From assembly GCA_910586545.1 (NCBI GenBank), contig CAJUIQ010000001.1, forward strand, positions 156,157 through 220,156: a stretch of DNA of 64,000 bases, read 5' to 3'. A model generated the notes under the pieces. It was not told the DNA's origin. It ran no database searches and worked only from the letters and a program-made list of their open reading frames with translations. Positions within the stretch are counted from its first letter, which is position 1, and each line of letters begins with the position of its first letter. Origin of the DNA: an uncultured Eubacteriales bacterium. Lineage in GTDB: Bacteria > Bacillota > Clostridia > Oscillospirales > CAG-272. Of this stretch, positions 9,588-17,913 are shown in pieces. The position numbers and the translations under genes are program-made.

Positions 9588-10071
9588 TTGTAAAATCCTC
9601 CTGCAAAATTTCCCGCAGCATTTTTCTGGCTCGGGAAAGCTGTTTTCTCACGGCAATACCGTTTACGCCTGTAATTTGCGCGATTTCCGATATCGAAAAA
9701 TCTTCGAAGTAAAACAAAACGACAACCGTACGGTAGGGAGTCGGAAGCTGCCCGACAGCCGCGCGAAGCGCCAGCTTTGTAATGATTTCATTTTCACTTT
9801 CATCGTCGCCAGTCTCTGTAAATGCTTCCACAGATGTGATTTTTTCATTTTTTCGAATCATCTCCACTGCCGTGTTGTGTACAATACGAAGTATCCACGG
9901 TTTAAAGGAAGCATCTTTTTTCAGGGCGTCTAAATTTTTATAGGCGCGGTATATGGATTCGCTGATCACTTCAGCCGCATCCGCCGTATTTCTTACAATC
10001 GAAAAGGCCAAAGCATACATTATCCGCTCATATTGCCGTATGTGCCTTACAAACACATCCTTGTCCGTCAA
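9580..10071 (-). CDS. ECF-type RNA polymerase sigma factor (SigV-like)
   Basis: Region 2 (..AAEVISESIYRAY..FKPWILRIVHN) and region 4 (ISEIAQITGVNGIAVRKQLSRARK). Start set at TTG 10071, 6-7 nt after GGGAGGG and just after the upstream stop. Confidence 0.85.
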   Translation of the reverse strand: MTDKDVFVRHIRQYERIMYALAFSIVRNTADAAEVISESIYRAYKNLDALKKDASFKPWILRIVHNTAVEMIRKNEKITSVEAFTETGDDESENEIITKLALRAAVGQLPTPYRTVVVLFYFEDFSISEIAQITGVNGIAVRKQLSRARKMLREILQEDFTNA

Positions 10072-10073
10072 AA

Positions 10074-10907
10074 TCAACCCTCCCTGATATATGCCGCAGT
10101 TTGCTCCATGATCCATTGCCCCCACTCTAAATAATATTCCCCATAAAGATGGGCGCTGTCAATACATTTTTCTAAGGGCAAATTTCCATTCCCATCGTTA
10201 AAAATTGCATTGGCGTCCAGATAGAAAATTGTTTCTCCGTCCGCAAGCGCCGACAAAGCTGTGTTCAGCTTGCTAATAGCAGTATTATTTATAATTTTGT
10301 CTGTGTCGGAACGGCTTTTTGTAACATACAAATTGGCCTGGATAAATATAAGCGCACCGGGCTGCTTTTCTCTAATATATGTAATAAGCTCGTTATATTT
10401 TTTTACCGTTCTGTCCATGTTATAGCCCAACTCATTGATGCCAAGCATAATATATATTTTACCATACCTTTTGCTTTCCAGCAAATCCGCGAGAGTGATT
10501 TTACCAATGGAGGGAACGGATATGGGTTTGCTGTGGATGTTGTATACGTTCATGCCTACGCTGGCAAAAAAGCTTGCGCCGTCAATTTGGGCGTAGTCCA
10601 TCAGCCCCACGGTTCTGGAATCTCCAATAAACAGAGCGTCTTCCATTGTGGCGGTAGGCATAGGTTCTGGAACCGGGGCTTCCTCCGCTTGGGTGTCTGT
10701 GCTGTCTTTGGGCGGATTTGTCTCCACCGGAGCGGGTTCCGTTGTGTCCACGTTTTTTTCAGGACTGTTTGCCTCTATGGAATCCAATAGAGTGGTAGTA
10801 TCCTCCTCCATATCTGCGGTGGCGGCAGAGGTGGTCCAGAATGCTATAAACAGTATAACGGAAACGGCTGTAAGGGATAGAATTGTAATAATGCTTGCTT
10901 TTTTCAT
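10074..10907 (-). CDS. membrane-anchored SGNH/GDSL hydrolase-family protein
   Basis: N-terminal TM helix, T/E/P-rich linker, block I FIGDSRT, GINELG, and block V DSAHL. It is the first gene of the sigma/anti-sigma operon. Confidence 0.8.
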   Translation of the reverse strand: MKKASIITILSLTAVSVILFIAFWTTSAATADMEEDTTTLLDSIEANSPEKNVDTTEPAPVETNPPKDSTDTQAEEAPVPEPMPTATMEDALFIGDSRTVGLMDYAQIDGASFFASVGMNVYNIHSKPISVPSIGKITLADLLESKRYGKIYIMLGINELGYNMDRTVKKYNELITYIREKQPGALIFIQANLYVTKSRSDTDKIINNTAISKLNTALSALADGETIFYLDANAIFNDGNGNLPLEKCIDSAHLYGEYYLEWGQWIMEQTAAYIREG

Positions 10908-11050
10908 TGTTACCTCTCCGAATTTGCAAATATAAAAATAGCGCGTATAAACGATGGCGACGCACACAAAAGCGCCATCATTTTGCTGCTTTTGATATAT
11001 AGATGCACGGTAAAGACAAAAGGTGACAACATTTTTAAAATTTTATATGC

Positions 11051-11090
11051 AAAAAATTCCCCCGCCGAGTTCATAGGCGGGGAATTTTGC
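11051..11090 (-). terminator. intrinsic terminator after MATE gene
   Basis: Stem ATTCCCCCGCC / GGCGGGGAAT (one bulge), with A-run and T-run flanks. Confidence 0.65.
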
Positions 11091-11096
11091 TGATTT

Positions 11097-12521
11097 TTAT
11101 TCAGAAACGGTTGCCGCTTCCGGCAGTATGGCCGGCTGTTCCAGCCCTGCATCCTGTTCCTTTTTTGCATGGTATTGGCGCATCATCCGCTTTTTCACAA
11201 TGATAAAGCATACAAACTGGGCCGCAAAGCTGATGAACCAGGAAACCGGATAGGAGATATAAAGGGAGGTAAGCGTATGAAAAGAAGGGAAGATAAACCA
11301 TACCCAAAGGACTCTGGTGCCGCAGATTCCGATAACCGATATAAGGGTCGGTACCAGGGAAGCGCCCATGCCCCGGAGCACGCCGGTCATCACATCCGTG
11401 CCGGCACATAGACAGTATGTAGTACATATTACCAGGAGCCGCTGTATGCCAAAGGCGACAGCCTCCTCAGAGGCGGGAATATATATGTGCAGCAATTCCC
11501 GTCTTGCCAGCAGGAATACGCCGCCCATGATAATACTTACAGCCATCGCCATGGTAAGGGTCGTTCTCATAATTTTGCCGGCGCGCTGATATTTGCCGGC
11601 GCCGATGTTCTGTCCGGTAAAGGAAACGGCGGATTGGTGGAACGCGTTTACGGAAAGATACATAAATCCTTCCAGATTGGAAGCGGCGGAATTTCCGTTC
11701 ATTGCCACAGCTCCAAAGGAGTTGATGGAAGACTGAAGCACTACGTTGGAAATCGAGAATACAGTGCCCTGCAGTCCGGCGGGAAGTCCAATTTTTATAA
11801 TTTTCAGCAGCTTATCGGGATAAATTTTCAGTTTTTTGAGATTGAGCTTATACCATTCGTCGCACCGCATCATATGGATTACAATTAGTGTGGCGGAGGT
11901 AATCTGGGAGACGACGGTGGCAATGGCCACGCCGGCTACATCCAGACGAAACAGAATTACCAGTATCAGGTTCAAAATGATGTTGATGATACCAGACACA
12001 ATGAGATAATACAGGGGCCGCTTTGTATCGCCTGCGCTGCGCATAATAGAAGCGCCGAAGTTGAATATCATCATTGCGGGGATCCCGCAGAAATAGATTT
12101 GCATGTAACGCGACGCCTGCTCAATTACGTCGTCGGGGGTACCCATAAGACGCAGCGCGGGAGCGGATATGACAATGCCAAGAATACCTACAAAGATACC
12201 GGTGACGGCGGCAGCAAGGATAGAGGTATGCACTACCTGCTGCACACCTTTCCGGTCGCCCGCGCCGTAACAGTGTGCGGCGATTACGCTGGAGCCTACG
12301 GAGAGGCCCATAAATAAATTGACGATCAGGGTGATCAGGGATCCGGTGGAGCCAACGGCGGCCAGCGCGTTTTCGCTGCCGTATCGGCCTACGACGACGG
12401 TATCCGCCGCGTTGAATAAAAGCTGGAGCGTGCCGGAGAGCATAATCGGGATGGAAAAGAGGATCAGCCCCTTCACAATAGACCCGTTTACCATATCGAT
12501 GTTTTTGCTGTGTTTTGCCAT
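11097..12521 (-). CDS. MATE family efflux transporter
   Basis: 12 TM helices. The N-terminus ...GSIVKGLILFSIPIMLSGTLQLLFNAADTVVVGR is the typical MATE/NorM signature. Confidence 0.9.
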   Translation of the reverse strand: MAKHSKNIDMVNGSIVKGLILFSIPIMLSGTLQLLFNAADTVVVGRYGSENALAAVGSTGSLITLIVNLFMGLSVGSSVIAAHCYGAGDRKGVQQVVHTSILAAAVTGIFVGILGIVISAPALRLMGTPDDVIEQASRYMQIYFCGIPAMMIFNFGASIMRSAGDTKRPLYYLIVSGIINIILNLILVILFRLDVAGVAIATVVSQITSATLIVIHMMRCDEWYKLNLKKLKIYPDKLLKIIKIGLPAGLQGTVFSISNVVLQSSINSFGAVAMNGNSAASNLEGFMYLSVNAFHQSAVSFTGQNIGAGKYQRAGKIMRTTLTMAMAVSIIMGGVFLLARRELLHIYIPASEEAVAFGIQRLLVICTTYCLCAGTDVMTGVLRGMGASLVPTLISVIGICGTRVLWVWFIFPSFHTLTSLYISYPVSWFISFAAQFVCFIIVKKRMMRQYHAKKEQDAGLEQPAILPEAATVSE

Positions 12522-12676
12522 AAGAAAATCTCCATACAGGATAAAAGTTATACGAAAAACCGTAACAAAGCTCCGCTGATTTGATCCGCGGAGCCTTAGA
12601 TGATACTTATATTATAGTATATGATAAAACAAAGTCAAGGTGCTTGGCACAATTTGAAAATATATGGTTTGTTACA

Positions 12677-12715
12677 CAAAAAAGCCGGTTTACAGGCCGG
12701 CTTTTTTGGTATAAT
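12677..12715 (+). promoter_or_regulatory. A-run/hairpin/T-run element fused to an extended -10 promoter (TGgTATAAT)
   Basis: Stem AGCCGG / CCGGCT with T6, then TGGTATAAT at 12707-12715. It lies between the divergent MATE and vWA genes. Confidence 0.4.
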
Positions 12716-12946
12716 GACTGCCTGACGCTATGGCAGTATGAGTCTGAATGAAGCACAGTATTTTAAAAATCAGCATTGGACAGTATGAAGGGAGAAAGCA
12801 CACTGTGCGCGTGCGTCGGCATATGATAATAACAAGGCTGCAAAAAAGCAGTCTGAAAATCAAGGAACATCGTATGACAAGGCAGCTCTGCAAAATACCT
12901 TGTTACACGCTATTTTGCGGATACCCGCAAAATAGTATAGAAAGGA

Positions 12947-14335
12947 ATGGAAAGAAAAATGGGATTAACCAATGCAAATAAATCAATCAATACCACCCAG
13001 ATTGACTGCTGCGGCTCTCTGCGTGTCACTCTGGCGCTGGCCGCATCCCCGGATATCAGCAGCAATCCTACGGATATCGTGTTGATTTTGGACCGATCTG
13101 GCAGTATGGCAGGCACGCCTCTTGCCAACATGAAAGCAGGCGCCGACACATTTATTGATATTATTGATGAAGCCACCGACGGCACGCCGGATGGGACCAT
13201 CGGTTCCGGAAGCAGAATTGGTATTGTGAGCTTTGCCGATACCGCCGTGCAGAACACCCAGCTGATCACTTCCGTGGCCACCCTGAAGGCGGCGGTAAAC
13301 AGCCTGAGCGCCGGCGGATCCACAAATCATGCAGACGCCTTTACCCAGGCAATGGCGCTGTTTGATCCAACCTCTACCAATGCAAAGGTGATGGTCATGT
13401 TTACCGACGGAAAAACCACCGCCGGCCCTAACCCCAATCCGGTTGCGGCCGCCGCCAGAGCGGCGGGGATCACCATATACTGCATCGGTCTTATAGGAGC
13501 AGACGGAATCGACCCAGCCGAATTGAACGAATGGGCCACCGATCCGGACTCCTCTCACGTAGCGATTACCCCGGACGATGCCGCTTTGGAGGATTTGTTT
13601 GCCGATCTTGCGGCAAATATCTCCAATCCGGGCGCTACCAATATTGTCATTGACGAAGTAGTAAATCCGGATTTTGTAATTACCAGCATTTTGGCTCCTA
13701 CCAAGGGAAGCGCCAATCTGGTAAATCCCAATACGCTGAAATGGACGATAGACGAACTGGGGACCACCGCCGGAGAGGGGGCAACCCTGGAATTTTTCAT
13801 CCGACATGTTGCCGACACCTCCGGTACTAAGCTGGTGAATGAGTCGATCACCTATACGGATGACCAGATGAACCAGGCAACCTTCCCCGCTCCCACTGTA
13901 GAAATTGACTGCGGAATTGTAGTGCGTCCGGAACCCTGCCCGGTTCCTATAGATATTGAAATTGGAGGATGCCAGGATTCCGTGGTCTACGATCTGGGAG
14001 ACACTTATTTGGAATCCCTTGGCAGAATTCTCCAGGTAGATGTGAATATTCGAAATGTATGCCCAAATCGCCGAGTGGCCGTAGGCGTTGTGCTCACGGA
14101 AATTGATGATCAGGGAGAGGAACACCAGCGGGGCCTGAAAACCCTAACGGTGCCCGCCCACCAATATCCCACGTGCCGGGATGTGCTGATCAAATGTATC
14201 AAATTTGTTTTGCCGGAGGATCTGGACGTCTCAGGCGGATCCCCAACAGCGCTGTGCAATCCGCGTAACTTTAAGGTTAGAGTCATTGCCCATAATATTG
14301 ACTCCGATTTTCAATGCTGTGACGTAACTGTTTAA
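12947..14335 (+). CDS. vWA (MIDAS) domain protein with DUF11-like beta domain and Cys-rich C-terminal domain; no signal peptide
   Basis: MIDAS DRSGSM...GGSTN...FTDG; then NIVIDEVVNPDF..LKWTIDELG..GATLEFFI (DUF11-like repeat); the C-terminal 150 aa has 10 Cys. The start may be the second ATG at 12959. Confidence 0.78.
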   Translation: MERKMGLTNANKSINTTQIDCCGSLRVTLALAASPDISSNPTDIVLILDRSGSMAGTPLANMKAGADTFIDIIDEATDGTPDGTIGSGSRIGIVSFADTAVQNTQLITSVATLKAAVNSLSAGGSTNHADAFTQAMALFDPTSTNAKVMVMFTDGKTTAGPNPNPVAAAARAAGITIYCIGLIGADGIDPAELNEWATDPDSSHVAITPDDAALEDLFADLAANISNPGATNIVIDEVVNPDFVITSILAPTKGSANLVNPNTLKWTIDELGTTAGEGATLEFFIRHVADTSGTKLVNESITYTDDQMNQATFPAPTVEIDCGIVVRPEPCPVPIDIEIGGCQDSVVYDLGDTYLESLGRILQVDVNIRNVCPNRRVAVGVVLTEIDDQGEEHQRGLKTLTVPAHQYPTCRDVLIKCIKFVLPEDLDVSGGSPTALCNPRNFKVRVIAHNIDSDFQCCDVTV

Positions 14336-14359
14336 TATCTATTACAGCAAAAAAACAAA

Positions 14360-14389
14360 CAGGCGCAAGATTATCTTGCGCCTGTTTTT
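14360..14389. terminator. bidirectional intrinsic terminator
   Basis: 11-bp stem CAGGCGCAAGA / TCTTGCGCCTG with a 3-nt loop, flanked by an A-run and a T-run. Confidence 0.8.
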
Positions 14390-14390
14390 A

Positions 14391-14561
14391 TTAGAACTTA
14401 TGGCAGGATCCGCTCATTGGACACTGACCGCAGCTTTTGCCGCAGGCGGATTTGCCTCTCTTTTTATCCCTTTTCATCCCAAGAATAATTCCGGTTACGA
14501 CTGCAAGCAATGCCAGCGAAACAAGGATTGTTCCAATATTTGCGCTGATCCATAAAAACAT
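14391..14561 (-). CDS. FeoB-associated Cys-rich membrane protein (56 aa; absent from the ORF track)
   Basis: Hand translation gives MFLWISANIGTILVSLALLAVVTGIILGMKRDKKRGKSACGKSCGQCPMSGSCHKF*. GGAAAGGAG RBS, and it lies directly downstream of feoB. Confidence 0.7.
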   Translation of the reverse strand: MFLWISANIGTILVSLALLAVVTGIILGMKRDKKRGKSACGKSCGQCPMSGSCHKF

Positions 14562-14585
14562 TTCTAAAAGCGCTCCTTTCCTTAT

Positions 14586-17090
14586 TTATGATTCGGCCCC
14601 TACTTTTTTTGTCAGTCTGGTAGCTTCCTTATATGGACGGATGAGCATATAGAGCATCCCCGCAAGCACAGCGGCTGCAACAATCAGACCTGCTACATTT
14701 GCTGTTCCTGTAAATAGTCCACCAAATTGGTTGATTATCAGCGCAATGATATAGGCAAATCCGCACTGATACGCAATAGCAAATAAAGTCCATTTGGCGC
14801 TGTTCATTTCCCGTTTTATGGCGCCCATTGCCGCAAAGCAGGGTGCGCACAGAAGATTGAATACCAAGAAGGAATAAGCGGTAACACCGGTAAACACACT
14901 GCCCAGGGTGGCATAAACATTGCCGGCAGCGCCATAGAGAATTCCCATGGTACCCACAATGTTTTCTTTCGCCACAAGGCCTGTGATGGAAGCGACTGCC
15001 GCTTCCCAAGTACCCCAGCCCAGCGGCTTAAAAATCCAAGCGATGGCGCCGCCAACAGCCGCTAAAATGGAATGATCAATTTCCTCTTCGGACAGCATTC
15101 GGAATGCACCGTCCACAAATCCGAAATACGTAGTAAACCATATAAGAATCGTAGACAGCAGGATAAGCGTTCCTGCCTTTTTAATAAACGACCAGCCCCG
15201 CTCCCACATAGAACGGAGTACGTTTTTTACAGTCGGCCAATGATACGCTGGCAGTTCCATGACAAAGGGTGCTGGATCCCCGGAAAACATTCTGGTTTTC
15301 TTCAAAATAATACCGGAGACGATGATGGCTGCCATGCCAATAAAGTAAGCGGAGGTGGATACCCATGCGGATCCGCCGAACAGGGCGCCGGCAATCATGG
15401 CAATGAAGGGAACCTTTGCACCACAGGGAATAAAGGTGGTGGTCATAATGGTCATGCGGCGGTCCCGCTCGTTTTCAATGGTTCTGGACGCCATAATTCC
15501 CGGAACACCGCAGCCCATTCCCACCAGCATGGGGATAAAGGACTTGCCGGAAAGGCCAAATTTGCGGAACACGCGATCCAAAACGAAAGCGATTCGAGAC
15601 ATATAGCCGCAGGCTTCCAAAAATGCCAGAAGCAGGAACAGCACCAGCATTTGGGGAACAAAGCCCAACACCGCGCCCACCCCGGCTACGATTCCGTCAT
15701 TGATCAGACCGGCCAGCCAATCCGCTGTGTCCATCGCCTCCAGACCGTTACCGACCAGCACCGGAATGCCGGGAACCCATATACCGTAAGTGGAGGTATC
15801 CGGCGCGCCATATGCCGATTTGTCGTCTGTTTCCAAATAAGCCGCTACAGCCGTTTCCAGCGCTGCTTTTGTCGCGCCTGGGTACTCCGTCTCCTCCAGC
15901 GTTTCCTCGTCTACCGTTCGGTAAGTGATGCTGGCGTCCGCTGGGGTCAACGCAATGAGGTTTTCCAGCGCTGTTTTAGCGTCCGGTTCACTGTAAGCCG
16001 CATTCTCCATATCTATGGCGTCAGCAATAGCATCATCTCCATATTCCGTTACAAACGCATCGATAATCTGGTCGCTGTCGCCGTATCTCTCGGCAGCTTC
16101 CTCATAGGCGCCGGACCCAATGCCAAACAAATGCCAACCGTCTCCGAACAGACCGTCGTTGGTCCAGTCGGTAGCCGCCGCGCCTACAGTAACCATAGAT
16201 ATGTAGTATACAAGAAACATGACTAAAGCAAAAATCGGCAGGCCCAGCCAGCGGTTGGTGACAATTTTGTCAATTTTATCAGAAGTGGAAAGTCCTCCAG
16301 CAGATTTCTTCTGATAGCAGTCCCGGAGAATCTCTCCGATATAAATATACCGTTCTCCTGTGATGATAGATTCTGCGTCATCGTCCCGCTCTTTTTCAGC
16401 TGCCTGAATATTTTCTTCAATATGCGACAGAATATTTTTCTGCAGTTGCAGCTGTTCCAGCACCTTGTCGTCCCGCTCAAAAATTTTGACGGCATACCAT
16501 CGCCGCTGCTCTTTTGGCATAGTATGTAAGGCCGCCTCCTCAATATGAGAGAGCGCGTGTTCTACCCTATCGGAAAACGTATGTCCAGGGATAGCGCCGA
16601 CATTTTCCGCTGCGTCAATGGCCGCTTGTGCTGCCTCCATAACGCCGTCGCCACGCAATGCGGAGATTTCCACCACCCTACATCCTATTACCTTGGACAG
16701 TTGTACGGTATTGATCCTGTCTCCCCTATTTTTCACTACATCCATCATGTTAATAGCAATTACCATTGGAATGCCTAGTTCGGCAAGCTGTGTGGTCAGG
16801 TACAGATTACGCTCCAGATTTGTGCCGTCAATGATGTTTAAAATTGCCTCGGGACGTTCACCAATTAGATAATTTCTTGCCACCACTTCCTCCAACGTGT
16901 ATGGGGACAAGGAATAAATTCCGGGAAGGTCTGTAATGGTAACGCCATCGTGCTTTTTCAACCCGCCCTCCTTTTTCTCCACTGTCACGCCCGGCCAGTT
17001 TCCTACAAACTGATTTGCTCCGGTAAGCGCGTTAAACAATGTGGTTTTTCCACTGTTGGGGTTGCCTGCGAGAGCAATACGCAGCTTCAT
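14586..17090 (-). CDS. feoB: ferrous iron transporter FeoB (long form)
   Basis: N-terminal G domain (GNPNSGKTTLFN, DLPG, NMMD) followed by a polytopic membrane domain. Confidence 0.93.
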   Translation of the reverse strand: MKLRIALAGNPNSGKTTLFNALTGANQFVGNWPGVTVEKKEGGLKKHDGVTITDLPGIYSLSPYTLEEVVARNYLIGERPEAILNIIDGTNLERNLYLTTQLAELGIPMVIAINMMDVVKNRGDRINTVQLSKVIGCRVVEISALRGDGVMEAAQAAIDAAENVGAIPGHTFSDRVEHALSHIEEAALHTMPKEQRRWYAVKIFERDDKVLEQLQLQKNILSHIEENIQAAEKERDDDAESIITGERYIYIGEILRDCYQKKSAGGLSTSDKIDKIVTNRWLGLPIFALVMFLVYYISMVTVGAAATDWTNDGLFGDGWHLFGIGSGAYEEAAERYGDSDQIIDAFVTEYGDDAIADAIDMENAAYSEPDAKTALENLIALTPADASITYRTVDEETLEETEYPGATKAALETAVAAYLETDDKSAYGAPDTSTYGIWVPGIPVLVGNGLEAMDTADWLAGLINDGIVAGVGAVLGFVPQMLVLFLLLAFLEACGYMSRIAFVLDRVFRKFGLSGKSFIPMLVGMGCGVPGIMASRTIENERDRRMTIMTTTFIPCGAKVPFIAMIAGALFGGSAWVSTSAYFIGMAAIIVSGIILKKTRMFSGDPAPFVMELPAYHWPTVKNVLRSMWERGWSFIKKAGTLILLSTILIWFTTYFGFVDGAFRMLSEEEIDHSILAAVGGAIAWIFKPLGWGTWEAAVASITGLVAKENIVGTMGILYGAAGNVYATLGSVFTGVTAYSFLVFNLLCAPCFAAMGAIKREMNSAKWTLFAIAYQCGFAYIIALIINQFGGLFTGTANVAGLIVAAAVLAGMLYMLIRPYKEATRLTKKVGAES

Positions 17091-17109
17091 TTATGTTTCC
17101 TCACTTTCT

Positions 17110-17127
17110 GGTTAGCGAAAGCTAACC
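17110..17127. promoter_or_regulatory. palindrome GGTTAGC-GAAA-GCTAACC (candidate DtxR-family operator, copy 1)
   Basis: Perfect 7-4-7 inverted repeat in the feoA-feoB intergenic spacer. Confidence 0.45.
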
Positions 17128-17172
17128 TTTGCTTCAAATAATACGGGGGATGCCCCCCGCCAAAACCATATT

Positions 17173-17394
17173 TTACGCAATCTCTACCATTTCCGCATCT
17201 GCCTTGCGCAGGGACAGTTCATATCCGCGAACCGTTATCTCAATCGGGTCTCCCAGCGGTGCCGTCTTGCAAATCCGTACCTCTGTGCCTTTGGTCAGCC
17301 CCATATCCATAATGCGACGTTTGACGGCGCCCTCTCCATGGAGTTTTATGATTCGGACCGTATCTCCAATTTTTGCTTCTCTAAGCGTTTTCAT
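17173..17394 (-). CDS. feoA: FeoA domain protein
   Basis: 73 aa, SH3-like FeoA pattern (..GDTVRIIKL....RRIMDMGLTKGTEV). Confidence 0.85.
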   Translation of the reverse strand: MKTLREAKIGDTVRIIKLHGEGAVKRRIMDMGLTKGTEVRICKTAPLGDPIEITVRGYELSLRKADAEMVEIA

Positions 17395-17426
17395 AGCTTA
17401 TATCCTCCTTTGTAATGCATAGACAA

Positions 17427-17636
17427 TCAAATAATAATTTTCTGTGCCATTTCCCGGCTGATTGCGATACGGGATTCCTTTACATGCACTATAACATTTC
17501 CCCCGATGGCGCTGATTACCGTAACCGTGCTTCCTGCCACAAATCCCAGATTTTCCAGGTGGGTCCGTATATCCTGCTTTCCGCCAATTTTTTTGATAAT
17601 ATTTTCTTCTCCAACTCCTGCAAGCGTAAGCGGCAT
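17427..17636 (-). CDS. feoA: FeoA domain protein
   Basis: 69 aa, FeoA pattern (..LENLGFVAGSTVTVI...). Confidence 0.82.
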   Translation of the reverse strand: MPLTLAGVGEENIIKKIGGKQDIRTHLENLGFVAGSTVTVISAIGGNVIVHVKESRIAISREMAQKIII

Positions 17637-17684
17637 CTTTTTCCTGCCTTTCTGTAAAGTATCATTTCAAATATATGCGCCATA

Positions 17685-17702
17685 AGTTAGCGCATGCTAA
17701 CC
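17685..17702. promoter_or_regulatory. palindrome aGTTAGC-GCAT-GCTAACC (candidate operator, copy 2)
   Basis: Inverted repeat in the feoA / dtxR-like divergent intergenic region. TATAAT follows on the plus strand at 17704-17709. Confidence 0.45.
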
Positions 17703-17790
17703 GTATAATATTATATGAATAGCAAGCTTTTTTGTCAATATACTTTTAGGGAAATTTTCCTTTCTATCTAAATTCCAGCAAATTGCGCAA

Positions 17791-17812
17791 ACGGTTAGCG
17801 ATTGCTAACCGT
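17791..17812. promoter_or_regulatory. palindrome ACGGTTAGC-GATT-GCTAACCGT (candidate operator, copy 3)
   Basis: 9-4-9 perfect inverted repeat about 100 nt upstream of the DtxR-family gene. Confidence 0.45.
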
Positions 17813-17913
17813 TTACTTGTGCATATTGTCTCTCAGCAGACTGCCTTGCTTTTCGCATGTAACTATGATATGCTATTACTAGAATACAGCAAGCGAAGGA
17901 AGGGGGTACTGTT

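Noticed and set aside
12570-12594. Hairpin GCTCCGC-N11-GCGGAGC in the MATE gene 5' leader as an attenuator
   Set aside because: The stem is only 7 bp and the U-tract is interrupted (UUUGUU). I recognise no alternative structure or riboswitch motif.
12983-14125. 380-aa minus-strand ORF antisense to the vWA gene
   Set aside because: The plus frame has a clear MIDAS/vWA and DUF11-like pattern. The antisense product is R/G-rich with no RBS or recognisable motif. It is a typical shadow ORF of a GC-rich gene.
15072-16226. 384-aa plus-strand ORF antisense to feoB, plus smaller ORFs 14629-15661
   Set aside because: These overlap the well-supported FeoB frame. The composition is biased (R/G/H/Q-rich) and there is no RBS. 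Shadow ORFs.
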